Notes: a model not told the origin generated them from the sequence alone. DNA of 64,000 nucleotides from Ignavibacteriota bacterium (GCA_963801355.1 CAWDEM010000008.1:256001-320000); one strand, 5' to 3'; positions 1 to 10,795 are shown, numbered from the stretch's first letter. Numbers and translations: made by a program.

Positions 1-2601
1 AGATCTGCGAGTACCGCAATACTCGCGAGGCTGCTGCCGATGTCATCGTGCAGGTCGGAAGCAATGCTGAGTCGCATCCGTTCCACTTTCAAGAGGGAAG
101 CGACGCGCAACCGGTACGCAATTGTGACGGCGGTGAGCAGGAACAGCACTCCCAGCACCCGGAACCAGAGAGTTTCCCAGAAGGGAGGAGCGATGATAAC
201 GCGCAGCGACATCCCCGCTTCGTTCCAGATCCGGTCGTTGTTGGATCCGCGGACGCGGAATACATATCGGCCGGGAGCGAGGTCGGTGTAGACAGCCAGC
301 CTGCGTGTTCCAGCATCCACCCATGACTTGTCGAGACCCTCGAGAGTGTAGGCATATGAGTTGCGTGCGGGCAGCGAATAGTCCAGGGCCGCGTATTCGA
401 ACGAGAAGAAGTTTTCCGTGTGATTAAGCACTATCTCACCTGTAGCCCACCCGGTGGAGTCCGGCGGAACCGGGGTGTTGAACAAGTTGAATCCGGTAAT
501 GACGATGGGCGGGACATGGGGATTGAGGGCGATGCGGTGCGGGACGATGGCATTGAAACCGTTGATGCCTCCGAAGTATAGTGTCCCATCGGACCCCCGG
601 CACGATGCATTGAAGTTGAATTCGTCCGCCTGCAGGCCGTCGTTCCGTGTAAAATTCCGGAATGATCCGCTGTCCGGATCAAAACGCGAAATCCCGTTGT
701 TCGTGCTCATCCAGAGCTTACCGCTTTCGTCCTCTTGGATTGCGTACACCACATTGTTCGGGAGTCCGTGCTGCACTGTGTAGTGGGTGCATTGCCCGTT
801 GTGCGGATCCATCCTGTTCAACCCGCCACCGAATGTGCCGACCCAGAGGTTCCCTCGACGATCCTCGAAAATGGTCTGGACGTAGTCATTGCTCAGGCTC
901 CCCGGATTGCCGGGTGCATGCCTGTACCGGTGAAACGTCCCGGCTCCTGGATCGAAACGTGCCAGGCCACCGCGGGCAGTTCCCACCCATTGCGATCCCG
1001 AGCGATCTCTGAAAATGCATCTGATGTCATTGTCCGGAAGACCGTTCGGGTTTTGCCTGTCATACGCGAACGTGCGGATCACCGTACCTGCCGGGTTCGT
1101 AACGAGGATGCCGGCTATCCATGTGCCCACCCAGAGGTCGCCATTGCGGTCCTGCGCGAGAGAGCTGATATACTCATTCAGACGCCTTGCGTTGTTATCG
1201 GGATCGGTCGTGTAGCGTTGAAACCGTTGATGCTTTCGGTCCAACCGCGCCAGACCCCCGCCGTATGTTCCCACCCATACATCGCCGTGGTTGTCTGTGA
1301 AGAGAGCGGCAACATAGTCGTGGGGCAGGCTGCCGGGATCGTGCGGATCGTGGCGGTAGTGCCGGAATTGTCCGGAGCGCGGGTCGAATTGATTCAAACC
1401 GGCGTCTTCTGTCCCGATCCAGATGAATCCAAGGGAATCCTCGCACATGGCGAAGACCCTTTTACCGTGTAGTCCGCTGCCATCCCTGATATCGCGAGTA
1501 TAGAGAGGGAACTTCTGCACGTAAGGTGAACTGACGCTGAGGCCGTTCGACGTGCCGAACCAGAGGACTCCACCGTCATCCTCGAAAAGTGAAGTGACGA
1601 CATCGTCGGAGAGGGAGTTGGAGACAAAAGGTGAATAGCGGTACCGGATAAACCGGCGTGTCGCGCTGTCGAAACGTGCAGCACCTGCTCCCATTGTCCC
1701 GACCCAGAGGCTGCCTCTTGCGGTCGCGGAAGAGCGAGCGGACGATGTCGCCCGGGAGCGATGTTGAATCGCGAGGGTCCGTGCGAAAATGCTCGAATGT
1801 CGAACGGGAGCGGTGAAAGAGGTTCAGCCCGCCGCCCCAGGTTCCAACCCACAGATCCCCGTTGTCCGCCTCCGAAAGACCGGTAATTCTGTCGTCGGAG
1901 ATTGACGCGTCGTCGCCGGCCTTGTGCCGGAAGTCCCTGACGGTTCCACGGCGCGGGTCGTAGCTGAGGAGCCCGGCGGAGTACGTGCCGATCCAGATGA
2001 TACCGTCCCGGTCAGTCACCGCGCAGAACAGCGCAGTGCGCCGCGGCATGGGGAGGGTGCTGAACAGTTCCGGCACTCTGATGAAGCGGCGCGTGGTGCG
2101 GTCGAAGCGGTTCATGCCGCCCCCCGCCGTGCATGCCCAGAGCGTTCCCAGGGAGTCTTCCAGCACCGCCGTCACGCGATCGTGACTGATTGTCGTAGTG
2201 TCCGTCGGGTCGTGCCGGTAACGGGTGAAGGAATTGCGGATAGGGTCGAAACAGTTGATGCCACCGCCCCAGGTGCCGATCCAGAGCAGACCGTCACGGT
2301 CTTCGTGTAGTGACCAGATGTAGCTGCTTGAGAGGGAATTGGAATCGAGCGGATCGTATCGATAGGTAACAAAGGAGTATCCGTCGTACCGGTTCAGCCC
2401 ATCTTCAGTGCCGAACCACATAAACCCCCGGCGATCCTGTGCCATGCAGAGAACTACACTTTGCGAGAGGCCATCATCTGTTGATATGCGCCGGAAGACG
2501 TGACCGGGCCCGGGCACCTGACCATATCCAGGATTGGAAAGCAGCGGTGCCAGGACAAAGAAAGCCAAAAGTATTTCCCGCAGTGGAGTCGTGTGCAACA
2601 T
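1..2601 (-). CDS. Periplasmic ligand-binding sensor histidine kinase (two-component regulator beta-propeller repeats + Y_Y_Y + TM + HisKA_3); one +1 frameshift at ~1718; 3' end beyond the window
   Basis: ORF 1576..2685 shows 'GLSQSVV..MAQDRRGFMWFGTEDGLNRYDG' and repeated 'LWIGTWGGGLN'. Removing one base at ~1718 opens a frame to position 1 that reads '...GSLWVGTMGAG...FSFEYAALDYS...YTLEGLD...PPFWETLWF...IASDLHDDIGSSLASI', the last part being the HisKA_3 H-box. Start chosen at ATG 2601 (signal-like MLHTTPLREILLAFF). Confidence 0.88.
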
Positions 2602-2607
2602 GCAAAA

Positions 2608-2636
2608 AAGATAGTGGTACGCGACGGAAATGTCAA
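2608..2636 (-). promoter_or_regulatory. Sigma70-type promoter TTGACA-17-TATCTT, probably leaderless
   Basis: Minus strand reads TTGACA ttTccgtcgcgtaccac TATCTT ttttgc ATG; the ATG is 6 nt after the -10 box and there is no SD. Confidence 0.6.
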
Positions 2637-2702
2637 ACGCATACCTGCTATTTTCAAAAGTTTTTGATACCTTAACACTATGCATATTATCCGGAGGACG
2701 CC

Positions 2703-3536
2703 ATGTTTCGACATGTGATCGGTATGGGACTTCTGGTGCTGCTTGCTGGTTCCACCGTCTTCACTCAGGTGGAAAAGGATGTGAAGGGGAGCCTGGATCA
2801 TCCTCTGTTCACGCGAATGCCGGGATACTACATTTCCAACTACGAGGTCAAAGACTTCGACGCTATCACATCCGCATACCTGACCGGCCCGGATGCAACC
2901 TGGGAGGGGAAGGTGACCAAGATAGAGTACTACATCAAGAGTGGCGCCCACCAGCCGAGCATGCTGCAGATTGCCCGCAACTACGAAAGCGCGGCGAAAA
3001 AGATCGGCGCCGAGATCCTCGGAACTGAAGATCGTTTCGTGGATGCAAAGTTGCGGAAGGGCGGAGCGACCACATACGCCCACGTCGAGGCATTCAATGA
3101 CGGCAGGAACTACGAGGTGACGATTGTCGAGACGAAACCGATGAAGCAGGATGTTGTCGCGGATGCTGCTGCGTTGAGCGCCGGCATAGCCGCAACAGGC
3201 AAAGCGGCGATATACGGCATTTACTTCGACACAGGGAAGTCGGTTGTGAAACCCGAATCGAACCCTTCTCTGGAAGAAATCACGAAGCTTCTGAAGCAGC
3301 AGACGGCACTCGTGCTCTATGTTGTAGGACATACTGACAATGCTGGAGCACTGGACTATAATCTGAAGTTGTCGGCGGATCGTGCCGATGCCGTGGTAAA
3401 AGCGCTAATCGGCCGGGGCATTGCTGCATCGCGCCTGAAGGCGGCGGGTGTCGGGCCGTATTGCCCTGTGGCATCAAACCGGACTGAGGATGGCAAGGCA
3501 AAAAACCGGCGCGTGGAGCTTGTAGAGCAAAAATAG
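2703..3536 (+). CDS. OmpA-family peptidoglycan-binding protein with DUF4892-like N-terminal domain
   Basis: Signal peptide; 'DVKGSLDHPLFTRMPG'; OmpA-C motifs 'IYFDTGKS', 'VVGHTD', 'NLKLSADRA', 'NRRVELV'; GGAGG SD. Confidence 0.9.
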   Translation: MFRHVIGMGLLVLLAGSTVFTQVEKDVKGSLDHPLFTRMPGYYISNYEVKDFDAITSAYLTGPDATWEGKVTKIEYYIKSGAHQPSMLQIARNYESAAKKIGAEILGTEDRFVDAKLRKGGATTYAHVEAFNDGRNYEVTIVETKPMKQDVVADAAALSAGIAATGKAAIYGIYFDTGKSVVKPESNPSLEEITKLLKQQTALVLYVVGHTDNAGALDYNLKLSADRADAVVKALIGRGIAASRLKAAGVGPYCPVASNRTEDGKAKNRRVELVEQK

Positions 3537-3550
3537 GGCTGGCATTCATC

Positions 3551-4447
3551 ATGGCAGGCAGAAAACAGAAAAGCGGATTCGCTCTGGTCCTGGGAGGAGG
3601 TGGGGCCAGGGGTCTTGCGCACATCGGCGTTCTCAAAGTGCTGGAGAGGGAAGGGCTTACCCCGGAGTACATTGTTGGAACGAGCATGGGGGCAATTGTT
3701 GGGGGGATGTACGCCCAGCAGCCCAGCGCGAAGGCGGTGGAGGAGCGCATCAAGCGCCTGATTCAGAGTCGGCCATTCCGGAGAATCGTCATGGATGGGT
3801 TCGCACATGAGCCTGCTCCCGATGGCGTCGGGACAACGTCCGTACTCTACGGCCGGGTGAAGCGGGGATACGGCATGTTTAAGTCCGCCTGGTCGACGGG
3901 GATCGTGGATTCCACCGTTCTCCTGGATTTCCTATCCCACCTTATTGACGATGTGAGGATCGAAGAGTGTGAAATCCCCTTCGCGGCAGTGGCCTGTGAT
4001 ATCTATGCGGGAGAAGAAGTGATCTGCAAGACCGGGTCAATGCTAAAATCCATCGCTGCGAGTTCTGCGATACCGGGAATCATCTCACCGATCAGCCTCA
4101 ACGGGCGTACGCTGGTGGATGGCGCTCCGACGAGCACCGTTCCTGTTCTTGCCACGCGGAGTCTCTCGGCCTTTCCGCGGGTTGCCGTGGATGTCACAAA
4201 AAGCGTCGCCAGATCAAAGCCTGTGCGGAATGCGATCGATGTCATGTTGCGTGCAGGTGTGATCTCCAGGATGCAGGTGACCCGCCACAATCTGGAACAG
4301 GCGGCAGTTGTTCTCTGGCCAAAAGTGGGCAATTACGGATGGGCGGATTTTTCTGCGTGCGATCAATTCATTGCGGAGGGGGAACGTGCCGCAAGAACTG
4401 CAATACGCAAGATCCGTTCTGCCATGAAGTCCGGGCTAAAAGTCTGA
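3551..4447 (+). CDS. Patatin-like phospholipase (NTE/RssA family)
   Basis: 'LVLGGGGARGLAHIGVL', nucleophile 'GTSMG', 'ASSAIPG', 'LVDGA'. Confidence 0.93.
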   Translation: MAGRKQKSGFALVLGGGGARGLAHIGVLKVLEREGLTPEYIVGTSMGAIVGGMYAQQPSAKAVEERIKRLIQSRPFRRIVMDGFAHEPAPDGVGTTSVLYGRVKRGYGMFKSAWSTGIVDSTVLLDFLSHLIDDVRIEECEIPFAAVACDIYAGEEVICKTGSMLKSIAASSAIPGIISPISLNGRTLVDGAPTSTVPVLATRSLSAFPRVAVDVTKSVARSKPVRNAIDVMLRAGVISRMQVTRHNLEQAAVVLWPKVGNYGWADFSACDQFIAEGERAARTAIRKIRSAMKSGLKV

Positions 4448-4480
4448 GTTTTTCCTCAGGCTTTTTGCTCTGACTTTTTT

Positions 4481-4500
4481 GCCTGACTTTAAAGTCAGGC
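4481..4500. repeat. Perfect 20-bp palindrome GCCTGACTTTAAAGTCAGGC
   Basis: Self-complementary sequence in the 4448-4558 intergenic region, followed by a TTGAAACCT direct repeat. Confidence 0.8.
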
Positions 4501-4558
4501 GTTGAAACCTCTTTGAAACCTGTGCCGCTCCCTAAATTCTTACCGCGGAGAAAACCCC

Positions 4559-7500
4559 ATGCGTTTGATACTCACTTCAGCATCAGCGGTGCTCATGAGT
4601 ATTCTGCTGTTGCCCTTCGCACAAGCTCAGATTGCCAGCACCTTTCCAAAACCAACGACCTTCTACGTTTCCCCCAGGGGCAACGACGCTTCGACCGGGA
4701 CTCTGCAAAAACCATTCAGATCCCTTGAAGGCGCACGGAATGCAGTCCGCTCGATCAAAAGGACGGAAGGGGGACTCCGCGCTCCGGTGACTATCATCCT
4801 GCGCGGCGGGACGTACCGGCTGTCCGTACCCTTCGTCCTCCAGCCTGGAGATGGTGGAACCGCTCAATATCCCGTCACCTATGCCGCGTACCCCGGAGAG
4901 GCCCCGGTGCTCAGCGGGGGAGTTGCCATTGGAGAGTGGCGCCGGGGGAGCCTGAACGGAAGAAGTGTGTTGACCGCCCGGATCGGCAAGATCCCGGTTG
5001 AAGGCCGGCGGCTCCGGCAATTCTGGGTCAACGATGTCCGGCGTCCGCAATCGCGGTATCCCGACAAGGGCTACCTGCGTGTTGCCGCCGCCCCGGAAGT
5101 CACTGCGTCGACACTCTGGAACGAAGGGCAATGGTCATTCACCGTTGAACCCAACGCCATCCCGGACTGGCGCTTGCTTGAAGGTTCGGAGTGCGTGTTG
5201 ATGAATCGGTGGACGGAATCCCACCTTCCGGTGACAGGCTGGAACCGCGATTCATCCACGCTGCGTTTCGGACTCCGGACCGTTTTCCGCACTGAGCCGC
5301 AGGATCCCTACTACCTACTCAATGTTGCTGAGGGAATGGACACACCTGGGGAATGGTTCTGGGACGGAGCGGATGAGTCCATTCACTATCTCCCGCTGCC
5401 GGGCGAGGATTCCAGGACAATGACAGCGGTCATTCCCCGTCTTTCGAGACTACTCGTGATTCAGGGACGGCCGGAATCCGGTGAGTATGTGGAACACCTC
5501 GTGTTCCGCGGAATCACTTTTTCGCATACGGAATGGGGGATTGATGGTACTGTCGAGGGAGACCTGCTCACGCTGCGTTCGGGTGGCTTTGGCCAGGCTG
5601 CCATAGGGCTGCCGGCGGCGATTGAAGCGGAAGGAATGCGACATGGAGTCTTTGATGGATGCACAGTGACACATGCCGGGACTTATGGAATGTTCCTCCG
5701 GCGTGGATCGCGTTTCGTGACGGTGAAAGGATGTACGTTTAATGACCTGGGGGGGGGTGGCATCAAGCTCGGTGAAACGAAGATACCCGCGGACACCGCG
5801 CAGTTCACATCCCACAACACGATTCTGGATTGCACCATCGCAAACGCCGGCCTGGTTTTCCACAGTGCCGTCGGCATCTGGGTCGGGCAGAGCCCCGCAA
5901 ACCGCATCATTCACAATGAGATCTGCAATCTCTACTACAGTGGCATCTCCCTCGGGTGGACCTGGGGCTACGGGCCTTCAATTGCCGGGAACACGCTTGT
6001 CGCCCTCAACCACATCCATCACATCGGTGTACGAACCGACGGCGACGGGTACATCCTTGCCGACATGGGGGGCATCTACACTGTAGGCGCCCGGTGGCAA
6101 ACGATGATTCGCCGGAACGTCTTCCACGATATCGGTGCCCGCCTGTACGGCGGATGGGGTATCTACTATGACGAGGGCACGACGGGCACGATCTCCGAAG
6201 AGAACGTCATCTATCGCACATCCCACGAAGGGTTCCACCAGCACTACGGCAAGGAGAATGTCTTCAGGAATAACATCATCGCCTATGGCACCGGGTATCA
6301 GGTACGGACCAGCCGTGCAGAACCGCACACGAGCTATGCTTTTGAGCAGAACATCGTTACATGGGACGGCGGGCCCATGTTCGCGGAAAGAGATTCCGGG
6401 ACGTCCGAGCTCTTTGATCACAATCTCTACTGGTGTGCCGGCGGAACACCGCTGATGATGGACACATTGTCAATGGAGAAGTGGAGGGCCATGGGGAGAG
6501 ACAGGCATTCGCTCGTGGCCGACCCGCTGTTCGCAGACCCGAGGAACGGCGATTTTTCGTTTCCGCCAAACTCGCCTGCGCGGACGCTGGGCATCAAACC
6601 GCCGCGCACTTCACGTGCACTTGATCGTGCGCCTCTCACTTCGGGCGAGCTCGCAGAATTGTCAAGGCCTGTGCTTCCCGGGACGCTGCTGTACAACAAC
6701 GATGGCTCCAACATACTCATGTCGTGCGACACGCTGACGCTCGAAGCGGCATACAAGCGGATTGATGCTCTCGCGGGCCGGGGCATCTCCAGGTTCATTC
6801 ACAATGTGAATCCCGGCCAGAACATGGGCTATCCGAGTGCCGTAGCGCCCATGTTTCACTGGGAGCGCAAGGAGAATAGCCCCCCCGAATCGTGGGACGT
6901 CTACGGCGTGCGAATGAACAACAACCTCCGGCAGCTGGTCAGCGATAGCATTGATCCGGTCGGCATGGTCATGCAACGTGCCTGGTTCCGAGGTATGGGT
7001 GCATTCCTGTCATTCCGTATGAACGAACTCCATGATGTGGACAAACCTGCAAGTCCGCTGTTAAGTCCTTTCTGGAAGGAACATCCGGAGTACAGGGTCG
7101 GCGGCTATCCCGGCTGGGGTGCGTACGCGCTCAACTATTCGATCCCGGAAGTCCGCGAGTACTGTTTCGCCATCTTGCGGGAAGTCTGCGAGCGGTACGA
7201 TCCTGACGGGCTCGAACTGGATTTCATGCGGTTTCCATACTACTTCCCTCCGCGGCAGGATTCACTGCAGGTGTACACGTCAATCATGACGGAGTTCATG
7301 CAAACGGTCAGGGATATGACCCGGGAGATCGGCGGGAGGCGCGGCAGACCTTTCCTGCTGGCCGCGAGGGTGCCGACTGCACTTTCAGCGTGTGCGTATA
7401 TCGGTCTGGACCCTGCGGGCTGGTCTGCAAGGGGGCTGATCGATCTCCTCACGATTGCGCCATTCCTCTCCACACAGCCCGAGATGCCCGTGGAGGAATT

Positions 7501-8128
7501 CCGCCGCGCGTGTGGCGCCATACCCCTGTATGCGGGGCTTGAGTATACCATGGGCACAAGAGGGATGACGCGCGAGCAGAAACGGGCGTCTGCGGCATTG
7601 TTGTACGCTGCCGGGGCAGATGGCATCTATCTCTTCAACTATTTCGTACAGTGGGACGCCGGACTGCAGGTGGACACGGAGGTATTGCCGGAGCTGGCGG
7701 ATCGCGAGCTTCTCTCGCGGAAGGACAAGCTGTACACGATTGCACCCACCCGCCATCCGATCCCGATGGTGACGCCGGCTTCTCCCATGCCTCTGGTCGT
7801 GCCGAAAATGGAGACCCGCACCGTGATATTTCGTACGGCTGAAGAGCAGCATCCGCATTCGGTGACATTGAGAGTCGAATGCAAGGAAGACCTTGCCCCC
7901 GAAGAGCTGAAGGTCTGGCTGAATGTCGTCGAGCTGGGGAAGGGTATCCACCCGCTTGAGCCCATGCTCTTTCCCCAGCCGGTGGATTTCAAGCCTGTCC
8001 CCGGGACGCGTGTGCTTCAATTTCGTGTCGACCCGTCACTGCTCAAGGAAGCCAATTCGCTGACGTTCTCCGTCACGCGGGAAGTGCAGATCGAGTACAT
8101 TGATATTGCGGTGAGACATGAAGATTGA
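4559..8128 (+). CDS. Secreted two-module glycoside hydrolase: GH141-like right-handed beta-helix fused to a DUF187/GHL10-like TIM barrel
   Basis: N-half: 'FYVSPRGND..GT..KPF.SL..AR', 'DMGGIY', 'GWGIYYDEG', 'HQHYGKEN'. C-half: 'LYNNDGSN', 'SFRMNELH', 'LNYSIPEVR', 'YDPDGLELDFMR', 'GADGIYLFN'. Confidence 0.75.
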   Translation: MRLILTSASAVLMSILLLPFAQAQIASTFPKPTTFYVSPRGNDASTGTLQKPFRSLEGARNAVRSIKRTEGGLRAPVTIILRGGTYRLSVPFVLQPGDGGTAQYPVTYAAYPGEAPVLSGGVAIGEWRRGSLNGRSVLTARIGKIPVEGRRLRQFWVNDVRRPQSRYPDKGYLRVAAAPEVTASTLWNEGQWSFTVEPNAIPDWRLLEGSECVLMNRWTESHLPVTGWNRDSSTLRFGLRTVFRTEPQDPYYLLNVAEGMDTPGEWFWDGADESIHYLPLPGEDSRTMTAVIPRLSRLLVIQGRPESGEYVEHLVFRGITFSHTEWGIDGTVEGDLLTLRSGGFGQAAIGLPAAIEAEGMRHGVFDGCTVTHAGTYGMFLRRGSRFVTVKGCTFNDLGGGGIKLGETKIPADTAQFTSHNTILDCTIANAGLVFHSAVGIWVGQSPANRIIHNEICNLYYSGISLGWTWGYGPSIAGNTLVALNHIHHIGVRTDGDGYILADMGGIYTVGARWQTMIRRNVFHDIGARLYGGWGIYYDEGTTGTISEENVIYRTSHEGFHQHYGKENVFRNNIIAYGTGYQVRTSRAEPHTSYAFEQNIVTWDGGPMFAERDSGTSELFDHNLYWCAGGTPLMMDTLSMEKWRAMGRDRHSLVADPLFADPRNGDFSFPPNSPARTLGIKPPRTSRALDRAPLTSGELAELSRPVLPGTLLYNNDGSNILMSCDTLTLEAAYKRIDALAGRGISRFIHNVNPGQNMGYPSAVAPMFHWERKENSPPESWDVYGVRMNNNLRQLVSDSIDPVGMVMQRAWFRGMGAFLSFRMNELHDVDKPASPLLSPFWKEHPEYRVGGYPGWGAYALNYSIPEVREYCFAILREVCERYDPDGLELDFMRFPYYFPPRQDSLQVYTSIMTEFMQTVRDMTREIGGRRGRPFLLAARVPTALSACAYIGLDPAGWSARGLIDLLTIAPFLSTQPEMPVEEFRRACGAIPLYAGLEYTMGTRGMTREQKRASAALLYAAGADGIYLFNYFVQWDAGLQVDTEVLPELADRELLSRKDKLYTIAPTRHPIPMVTPASPMPLVVPKMETRTVIFRTAEEQHPHSVTLRVECKEDLAPEELKVWLNVVELGKGIHPLEPMLFPQPVDFKPVPGTRVLQFRVDPSLLKEANSLTFSVTREVQIEYIDIAVRHED

Positions 8129-8174
8129 CTTTGTCGATTGTTTTCTCCTTACTTAAGGTGATTTAAAGGGCGCG

Positions 8175-8738
8175 ATGCTATCGGCCCACGAAGAGGACAA
8201 CAACCGCGAGAAGACCCCGATCTCCTCTCCTCAACCAATAGTACCCTTGAGCCCACGCTGGTACGCTCTGTATCTCCGTTCCCGCTACGAGAAACGTGCG
8301 CACCAGCTCCTTCTCGGCAAAGGTGTTGAGTCGTTTCTCCCGCTGATTGAAGAAGTACACACCTGGAGCGACAGAAAGAAAGTAGTTGAAGAGCCGTTGT
8401 TCCGCGGGTACCTGTTTGTCAGAACCGATCTCAAGGACCGGATTTCCATACTTGAGACAGACGGCGTCGTGCACTTTGTCCGCATCGGTGCCAGACTGAG
8501 TGCGATTCCCGATGAGCAGATCAACTGGGTCAGGATACTGGTCGGGCACCCGGACCGTGTCGTGCGTGAAGAGTACATGTCGGAAGGGCAGAGGGTGCGC
8601 GTCAAAGCCGGACCTATGATGGGGGTGCAGGGGTACGTGTTGAAGGTGAAGTCATCCACCCGCGTGGTCGTGTCTCTCGACGCGATAGCACGATCGGTCT
8701 CGATCGATATCGATCCTGAGTTGCTCGAGCTGCTGTAG
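8175..8738 (+). CDS. upxY: UpxY-family (NusG/RfaH paralogue) transcription antiterminator
   Basis: 'WYALYLRSRYEK', 'FLPL....HTWSDRKKVVEEPLFRGYLFV', KOW 'GQRVRVKAGPMMG'. Confidence 0.9.
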   Translation: MLSAHEEDNNREKTPISSPQPIVPLSPRWYALYLRSRYEKRAHQLLLGKGVESFLPLIEEVHTWSDRKKVVEEPLFRGYLFVRTDLKDRISILETDGVVHFVRIGARLSAIPDEQINWVRILVGHPDRVVREEYMSEGQRVRVKAGPMMGVQGYVLKVKSSTRVVVSLDAIARSVSIDIDPELLELL

Positions 8739-8752
8739 AAAGCACTGTCATT

Positions 8753-10795
8753 GTGCATGAAGGGATGAGTGGAGTGTCAGGAAAACTCTATCATATGTTG
8801 CTGTCTCCACGCAAACGCCAGGTGATGGTGGTTGATCTTTTTCTCCTCTGCCTCATCCCTTCGGTTGCCCTGGTCCTCCGGTTCAAGAGTCTGGAACCGC
8901 TCTCACAGCTCGCCGGCGACCTCATGCTCTATACGCTGCTTTCCCTCATCTGGAAGATGATGCTTTTCTACCCGATGGGTCTGTACGACCGGTACTGGCG
9001 GTTGGCCAGCGTAGAGGATTTCAGTATTCTTGCCGCTGTATCAATCGCGTCGTGGATCGCCGGCATCGCGATCACGCTTGTGATCCTCAAACCGGTCGGT
9101 CTCCTCTCCGGTCTTCCGCAAGCTGTGCCGGTGATTGACGGAGCGCTGACATTGCTTGTTATTGGAGGACTCCGGTTCGGCTTCCGTGTGATGGACCACC
9201 TGAGCAGAGTTGGCGGCGGGAGGACCCAGAAACAGAAAGTATTGATTGCAGGGGCTGGATCAGCGGGATCGATGGTGGTGAAGGAACTCCGGGTGAATGC
9301 CCGGTGGGGACTCGAACCGGTAGGTATTGTGGACAACGATCTCAAGATGATGGGAATCCGGCTCAATGGCGTTCCGGTTCTGGGGACCCTCCAGGATCTC
9401 CCCCGGCTGATCACATCGGAGATGGCGGATGAAGTCATCATCGCTCTGCCGGAGGTCTCCGGGCGCGTCATCCGGGAGATCGCAAGGATCTGTGATGACG
9501 CGCACGTGAAGAGCCGGACTATTCCCAGACTTTACGGGATCCTTGAAGGGTCAGCCGCAGTCCCGCAATTCCGTGACATCCAGATTGAAGACCTCCTGAA
9601 ACGCGGGGTGATGGTGATCGATAACGATCGGGTCAAAGCCTCTCTGCAAGGTGCCAGAGTGCTGGTGACCGGAGCGGGAGGTTCGATCGGGAGTGAACTC
9701 TGCAGGCAACTTGTGAAGTTTGAACCGTCAGAGCTGATCCTTGTGGGGCAGGGAGAGAACTCGATATTCCAGATCGCGTCCGAGCTGGATGCGATTTCCG
9801 AAGACCACCCGTCACTCCAAATTCACTCCGTTGTGGCGAATATCAGAGATCGTGAGCGAATGGATTTTGTTCTCCAGCTCCACCGTCCGCGCGTGATCTA
9901 CCACGCGGCCGCCTATAAGCATGTCGGGTTGATGGAGGCGAATGTAGCTGACGCGGTGATCAACAACGTGATGGGCACCCGGATTCTGGTCGAGTTGGCG
10001 GCGCAGCATGGGGTTGAGCAATTTGTGATGGTCTCGTCGGAAAAGGCGGCGAAACCGACTTCGGTGATGGGTGTAACAAAGAGAGTGGCGGAACTGCTGG
10101 TGCTCGATGCGGCCGGACGGACAGGGAAAGCGTTTGTCACAGTGCGGTTTGGCAATGTCCTCGGGACCCGCGGGAGCGTTGTCTCGATCTTCAAGAAACA
10201 GATCGCCGCCGGAGGTCCGGTACTCGTCACACATCCTGATGCCACCCGACATTTCATGACAATTCCCGAGGCCGTTCAGCTGGTGCTGCAGGCGTCGACG
10301 ATGGGCCGCGGCGGTGAAGTGTTTGTGTTGGATGTGGGTGAACCGACGAAAATCCTCGATCTCGCACGGGATATGATCCGGCTGAGCGGGCAGGAGGAGG
10401 GGAGGGACATCGAAATCAAGTTCACCGGTTTGAGAAAATGGGAGAAGGTGAACGAGGATCAGTTTGGTGAGGGGGAGGTGCTCCGGAAGTCGGAGCACTC
10501 GAAGATACTCGTGTGCGCTCCCGGTGAGAAACTCCCGCGAGGCAAGGAGTTGCATGACGATGTGGCACTTCTCATAACTGCGGCACAGGAGAATGCGTTG
10601 GAAAGGGTGGAGGAGGCGCTGAAGAAACTTGTGCCGGATTACACACCCGCGCTGACCGATGCGGAAGCCCTTGCGAAGCAACCGATCGAAACACCTGTCG
10701 CATCGAAGCTTGTTATCTCGATTCACCGTTCAACGATGATTGCGCCTGGGCATCGCTGCATGCCGAGGGTGCACCGGGGCTTTGAGCTAGCATGA
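8753..10795 (+). CDS. Membrane-bound nucleoside-diphosphate sugar 4,6-dehydratase (CapD/WbpM/PglF family)
   Basis: Four N-terminal TM helices, 'VLIAGAGSAG', 'IEDLL.R', 'VTGAGGSIGSELCRQ', 'HAAAYKHV', 'MGVTK', 'VRFGNVLG.RGSV', 'FMTIPEAVQLV'. Confidence 0.92.
   Translation: MHEGMSGVSGKLYHMLLSPRKRQVMVVDLFLLCLIPSVALVLRFKSLEPLSQLAGDLMLYTLLSLIWKMMLFYPMGLYDRYWRLASVEDFSILAAVSIASWIAGIAITLVILKPVGLLSGLPQAVPVIDGALTLLVIGGLRFGFRVMDHLSRVGGGRTQKQKVLIAGAGSAGSMVVKELRVNARWGLEPVGIVDNDLKMMGIRLNGVPVLGTLQDLPRLITSEMADEVIIALPEVSGRVIREIARICDDAHVKSRTIPRLYGILEGSAAVPQFRDIQIEDLLKRGVMVIDNDRVKASLQGARVLVTGAGGSIGSELCRQLVKFEPSELILVGQGENSIFQIASELDAISEDHPSLQIHSVVANIRDRERMDFVLQLHRPRVIYHAAAYKHVGLMEANVADAVINNVMGTRILVELAAQHGVEQFVMVSSEKAAKPTSVMGVTKRVAELLVLDAAGRTGKAFVTVRFGNVLGTRGSVVSIFKKQIAAGGPVLVTHPDATRHFMTIPEAVQLVLQASTMGRGGEVFVLDVGEPTKILDLARDMIRLSGQEEGRDIEIKFTGLRKWEKVNEDQFGEGEVLRKSEHSKILVCAPGEKLPRGKELHDDVALLITAAQENALERVEEALKKLVPDYTPALTDAEALAKQPIETPVASKLVISIHRSTMIAPGHRCMPRVHRGFELA

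Noticed and set aside
735-1472. Long antisense or alternate-frame ORFs (also 2454..3332, 9812..10726, 47164..48282, 51096..52082, 55043..56323, 58617..59636, 62192..63451)
   Set aside because: They are shadows of well-supported genes on the opposite strand, expected at this GC content, and carry no recognisable motifs.
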